A stretch of DNA of 55,079 nucleotides, taken from Chiloscyllium plagiosum. Its lineage: Eukaryota. Each line of letters begins with the position of its first letter. Positions within the stretch are counted from its first letter, which is position 1. Shown here piece by piece: positions 50,490 to 55,079 of the stretch. The stretch lies in NCBI RefSeq assembly GCF_004010195.1, contig NC_057720.1, positions 24,179,236 through 24,234,314 of the forward strand, written 5' to 3'. The position numbers were made by a program, and so were the translations under genes. The notes beneath the pieces were generated by a model. That model did no database searches, had not been told where the DNA came from, and worked only from the letters and a program-made list of their open reading frames with translations.

Positions 50490-50607
50490 GTGAGAAGAAA
50501 AAATGTGACACCAAGCAGCCTCTTAAGGTTATTCAGGATCCTGAATTTAAGAGGTTTGGGTGTGCTATTAACATAAGCACATTACTGAAGTTGTTTGTGC
50601 CTCATGG
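50490..50607 (+). CDS. AGL: AGL coding exon 7: GEKKKCDTKQPLKVIQDPEFKRFGCAINISTLLKLFVPH-G
   Basis: Acceptor atttaag (50489), donor GTAAGT (50608); 118 nt. IQDPE..RFGC motif. Confidence 0.95.
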
Positions 50608-52149
50608 GTAAGTTATACAAAATTTACTTAAATATAAATAGACGATAAATAGGGAGAAGTAGATTGTTGATTCTGCAGTTTAGTGTTTTTTTAAATTGTT
50701 TAAATTTAAATTAACAAAAGCAATTAATGTCAACATAAAATGTAAATTAAGGTTTCATTTTCAGGCCAGTCATGCACTCCAGTCCACACAGCAGCCACCA
50801 GCCACAGAAAGTCTCTAATGGGCATAAGGGTCCTCTCTCAAATGCACCAGGCATGGACACATCAATAAATGAGGGGCAGGAAGTCAGCCCAAACAAACCC
50901 CCTCAACCACCTGCTGCCTGAACCAGTCTGTGGTCATCCTGGCCAGGCTCTGGAGCACACTTACTAGGAAGCCCAATGCTTTGCTTGCCCACCAGCCCTC
51001 TGCACCAGGTAGACAAAGATCAAGAACATGGTGCTGAACTGTAAACAAAATTTGAAGAGCATTCCCCTCAAAGCCAACAGTATATATTGAACAGACTTCT
51101 CAAGGCTGCAGAAAACATAGATAGCCTGGGAGTCCATGAACCACCTTATTAAGTGGAACCTCCTATGTGCAACTCCATGTGCAGTAGTTAAGATATTTTC
51201 GAATCAAGTAGATGGGATTTGAATCTGGGACTCCTGGATCAAAGATAGGGATGCTGCTACTGTGCCACAAGAGTCCCCATGTGTGGTATTTAATTTTTAC
51301 AGCTTATAATTTTAAAGGGTTTTTAAAGTGAGCCTTTTTGGTATTTGTTTCAACAAATAAATGTATGTGCATTGCAATGTATTTGAGTACATACATTTGA
51401 GATTAACTTTTGTTTAATAACACACATTTTTCTGAGCTGCCAAACTATCCAAATCTTGCATTTTTAATAATAATGAAGCTTATGGCATTTGTCATCATTA
51501 CTCAGCGAATCTGAGAGCAGCTTCTGATGTCCACACATGCACCCTGCCAGTATTATACCTGACTCCTGTAAAGGATATACTGTTGAAGGTCTGGCAGCTA
51601 GAAATAAATTAGAAGTCAGTGATTTATGTGAACTTTTACTCTTACAATATTAGTCTCGTAAAATCCAGTAAGTTAATTTTTTAACTGTAGTGAAAGTTAT
51701 TTTTTAAATTAGTTTTTCACCAAAGTTAGACTGGCCTGTAATTACCGATGCTGCCTCTTACTATCTCTCAAATAATGTAACAGCTAACAGACCTCTACTA
51801 TACCTTTTGGTAGAGAGGGTTAAAATGATGATCAGAATCTTAACAGTTTCAGATGTATTTCATTTAGCCTTACACGTGTACTGACTTTCAAAACGTTAAA
51901 CCCTTTCATACTAACTCTCTAACTTGTTGCTTCCACCCAATATTTCATAACCTTCCCACCACAACCATGATAACTGCCTTATTCCCCTCTGTTGTGAAAA
52001 CAGGCGATTTGTCTTTTAAAATGTCCCAGAAGCCGTTGACCATGTTTATGGATGCCCGTAATGAAGAATTGCTTGAAGCCTGAATTGTCATACTGTAAGG
52101 TGTTGAAAGTCGTGGCACCCGTAAGAAATGTTGGATAGTAAAAAAAAAA

Positions 52150-52420
52150 ATGGAATGTTTAAAGGTAAAGGATGCAAATATACTGGGATCCAAGACATAC
52201 ATTTGCCCCCTCTGCTGAACCAGGAAAAATTATACTGCAATAAGTGAAAAAGAGTCAAGCAATTTATTTTGTTGTCCTGGCCAGAATATCAAAAAAAAAA
52301 TTCTTTGGCTCTTTTAGGTATTATTGTCTTACTGCTATTTGGAGGATCCTGCTGTTCCCTACCTTGTAACAGTGACTACATTTCAAAATACTTCAATGGC
52401 TGTCATGAAAGATGCTATGG
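52150..52420 (+). mobile_element. Possible ancient Deu-domain SINE (SacSINE1/AmnSINE1-like) remnant
   Basis: tgtcctggcca...ttactgctatttggaggatcctgctg...aacagtgactacatttcaaaatacttcaatggctgt...gaaagatgctat resembles the DeuSINE core and tail as recalled. Confidence 0.5.
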
Positions 52421-52501
52421 AATTACAAATCCACTGATTACCAAACTGCTTACTGTGAGCCATGAATTGTTCACGTTTTCTTTTGTATTTTCTTTTCATA
52501 G

Positions 52502-52604
52502 TAACAGTCCTAAAGAAATAGAAGAGTGCTGTAACTGGGTCCGTCAAAAACTGGAAGAGTTAAACCTGGAACGTTATCAGGAAATACATTGGCATCAGGA
52601 GCAG
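52502..52604 (+). CDS. AGL: AGL coding exon 8: NSPKEIEECCNWVRQKLEELNLERYQEIHWHQEQ (ends at a GC donor)
   Basis: Acceptor tttcatag (52501); IEECCNW...EELN...HQEQ motif; 103 nt. The 3' end is fixed by frame to CAG|GCAGGT. Confidence 0.92.
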
Positions 52605-52704
52605 GCAGGTTTTATTTCAGTTTTACTCCTGTCACTGAGTGAATTTTTAAATGAGCTGACTTTATTACTGTCGAGAAATTTAATGCAGTGTCATGTGCTT
52701 TCAG

Positions 52705-52802
52705 GCTGTGAACTGCATTTTGGGGACTGTAAGTTACGAGCGCCTGGCAGACTATGGCCCTAAACTTGGACCTGTAACATTAAAAAATCCTCTAGTGACA
52801 AG
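52705..52802 (+). CDS. AGL: AGL coding exon 9: [33 protein letters not shown] (gene continues beyond window)
   Basis: Acceptor ctttcag (52704), donor GTACAG (52803); 98 nt. AVNC.LG...[13 protein letters not shown]...PLVTR motif. Confidence 0.96.
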
Positions 52803-54035
52803 GTACAGTGAAAACCCCACTAAACCTAAGCATACTTAGTATGTCAGTTTCCTTGAAGAGCAACTTTTGTATGCCAAGATAAACTTGTAAACCATAATTT
52901 GACTGTCCATTCCATGGTTTCCTGAGATGCTGCGTGGAGAAATGAGGGACCTCTCACAACAGACTTTAACGAGAATGCTGATATGATAAGTGATGTGATA
53001 AGTTTCATGGTCTGGGTCTCAAGTGCACAATTATAATCTGGAGTGACTCTTGTCATCCACTCATGAAACATGTGGCTGCATTGTTCATACTCTGCGTGAA
53101 TTTAATTGAACACTGCTTGATGTCTTTAAGCAAGTTAAAGTTCGTGATCTCTGCCAGTGAGTTGTACTTTATGCCACATCCAGCACATGACTGTTACCCA
53201 TTATTTTGCTGGAGATGTTGACTAGTGATGAACATAAAGTTAGTTGCCATAATAGTTACCATGATAGTAACATTGATTGTTTTAAAAGGCCCATCAAGCT
53301 CATTGAAGTTCCTTGTATAAAGCAACCTAGCATTGTTTGCTAGTCTGGCCTACATCTGCCGACAAATCTACAGTAACGTAGTTGACTCATAATTGGCTTC
53401 TGAAATGTCTAGCAACCCACCCTATTCGAGGGTAATTGGGAATGGGCAAAATATGCTGGCTTTTCCAGCAATGTGCAAATCTCATGATGGAGTTTTCTTT
53501 CAAAAACCACACAAATCTTAACTGCTCTTTCCCAGGATGGCTGCACCATTCTTGATGCTACTTTTTGATTTTGAAATACTTCACGAATTTTGGGAATGTT
53601 AATGTTTATCATTGCTTTTTCTAACTTGTAGAGTATCATAATGTACTGGCAAATAGCAGGCAGTGCAGTTTTGGAGAGCAGCAGGAGCCACCGAGTTAGA
53701 GTACTTGCACAATATTTTACGCTGTCCTCTTGACGACTTGTTAAGTTGCAAATCCACAATCTTAGCCTGATAAAGTGGAGCAGTAAACTAGGACCTTTTT
53801 GCAGTGCAACTGTTTAGGCTGTTCTCAGGATGTTTGTCAGTCTGTATCCTAATGTTTACTTTTCAAATAAATGGATCAACATTTTCCTCTGACCCACAAC
53901 ACCAGTGCTAGAATGAAGAGCCAGCTTCCAAATCCATCCCAGTTCTAACAGAGATCAAACCCAATGCTGTTGGCCCCAATCTGATCCACACTAGCTTGTC
54001 TAGTCAATTGAGCTGGCAGCTCCTCAAGGAGTCTT

Positions 54036-54382
54036 AGAACATAGAAAAGTACAGCACAGAACATTCCTTTCGGCCCGCGATGTTGTGCCAAGGATTAATC
54101 CTAATGTAAAATAAAAGAACCTAACCTAAGCACCCCTCAATTCGTTGCTGTCCATGTGCACGTCCAGCAGTCATTTAAATGTCCCTAATGACTCTGTTTC
54201 CGCCACCATCACTGGAAACGCATTCCATCCATGCACAACTCTGTAGTAAAGAACCTACCTCTGACGTCTCCTCCATACCTTCCTTCTAATATCTTTAAAA
54301 CTATGACCTCTTGTGCCAGTCAGTCCTGCCCTGGGGATAAGTTTCTGGCTGTTGACTCTATCCATGCCTCTCATTACCTTGT
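54036..54382 (-). mobile_element. CR1/HER1 3'-end fragment (same subfamily as 47428-47595)
   Basis: atagaaaagtacagcacagaaca...gatgttgtgcc.agg.ttaatcctaatgtaaaata is shared by both copies. Confidence 0.88.
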
Positions 54383-55079
54383 AGAACAATAGAACAATAT
54401 AGAACAATAGAACAATACAGCACAGAACAGGCCATTCGGCCCACGATGTTGTGCCGAACTTCTAACCTAGATTAAGTACCCATCCATGTACCTATCCAAA
54501 TGCCGCTTAAAGGTCGCCAATGATTCCGACTCTACCACTCCCACGGGCAGCGCATTCCATGCCCCCACCACTCTCTGGGTAAAGAACCCACCCCTGACAT
54601 CTCCCCTATACCTTCCACCCTTCACCTTAAATTTATGTCCCCTTGTAACACTCTGTTGTACCCAGGGAAAAAGTTTCTGACTGTCTACTCTATCTATTCC
54701 TCTGATCATCTTATAAACCTCTATCAAGTCACCCCTCATCCTTCGCCGTTCCAACAAGAAAAGGCCGAGAACTCTCAACCTATCCTCGTACGACTTCCTC
54801 TCCATTCCAGGCAACATCCTGGTAAATCTTCCCTGCACCCTCTCCAAAGCTTCCACATCTTTCCTAAAGTGAGGCGACCAGAACTGCACACAGTACTCCA
54901 ACTGTGGCCTAACCAAAGTCCTGTACAGCTGCAACATCACTTCACGACTCTTGAATTCAATCACTCTGCTAATGAACGATAATACTCCATAGGCCTTCTT
55001 ACAAACTCTATCCACCTGAGTGGCAACCTTCAAAGATCTATGTACATAGACCCCAAGATCCCTCTGTTCCTCCACCTAA
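54383..55079 (-). mobile_element. Young CR1/HER1 LINE 3' part with open ORF2 C-terminus (extends beyond window) and (AGAACAAT)n tail
   Basis: Uninterrupted 202-aa frame: QRDLGVYVHRSLK...LYRTLVRPQLEYCVQFWSPHF...FFTQRVVGAWNALP...FKRHLDRYM; octamer tail at 54383-54417. Confidence 0.95.

Noticed and set aside
52609..52610. Canonical GT donor for AGL coding exon 8
   Set aside because: Shifts the frame by 4 nt; no stop-free compensating acceptor found.
52269..52763. 164-aa ORF with a signal-peptide-like start
   Set aside because: Only 52502-52604 is AGL-like; the rest is intron or SINE remnant read-through, and the next exon is in a different frame.

Overview
Eukaryotic genomic DNA, by repeat content almost certainly a shark (HE1-type SINEs, CR1/HER1-type LINEs, Rex1/Babar, L2 and Penelope-like elements; the taxon is inferred). 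The one host gene I can support is the 5' part of AGL (glycogen debranching enzyme) on the + strand: a probable non-coding exon 1 ending at 16222 and nine coding exons (16764-52802) that splice into one open frame of 1277 nt (~425 aa). The gene continues past the window end. Three things stand out. (1) Many Penelope-type terminal repeats carry minimal hammerhead-ribozyme motifs (CTGA[T/A]GA-A-stem II-GAAA-CGTC or GAAA-GCTA). Several form short, ORF-less fold-back insertions with 10-16 bp target-site duplications, including a perfect 106-bp hairpin with a complete ribozyme motif on each strand, and one copy nested in another. (2) An ~850-bp minisatellite with ~30 co-oriented GC boxes at ~20-bp spacing lies directly upstream of AGL exon 1. 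(3) The intron 52605-52704 keeps frame only with a GC-AG donor. An assembly gap (31822-32389) sits at the centre of an inverted repeat. Repeat family names come from motif recognition rather than database search, and repeat boundaries are approximate unless TSDs are given.
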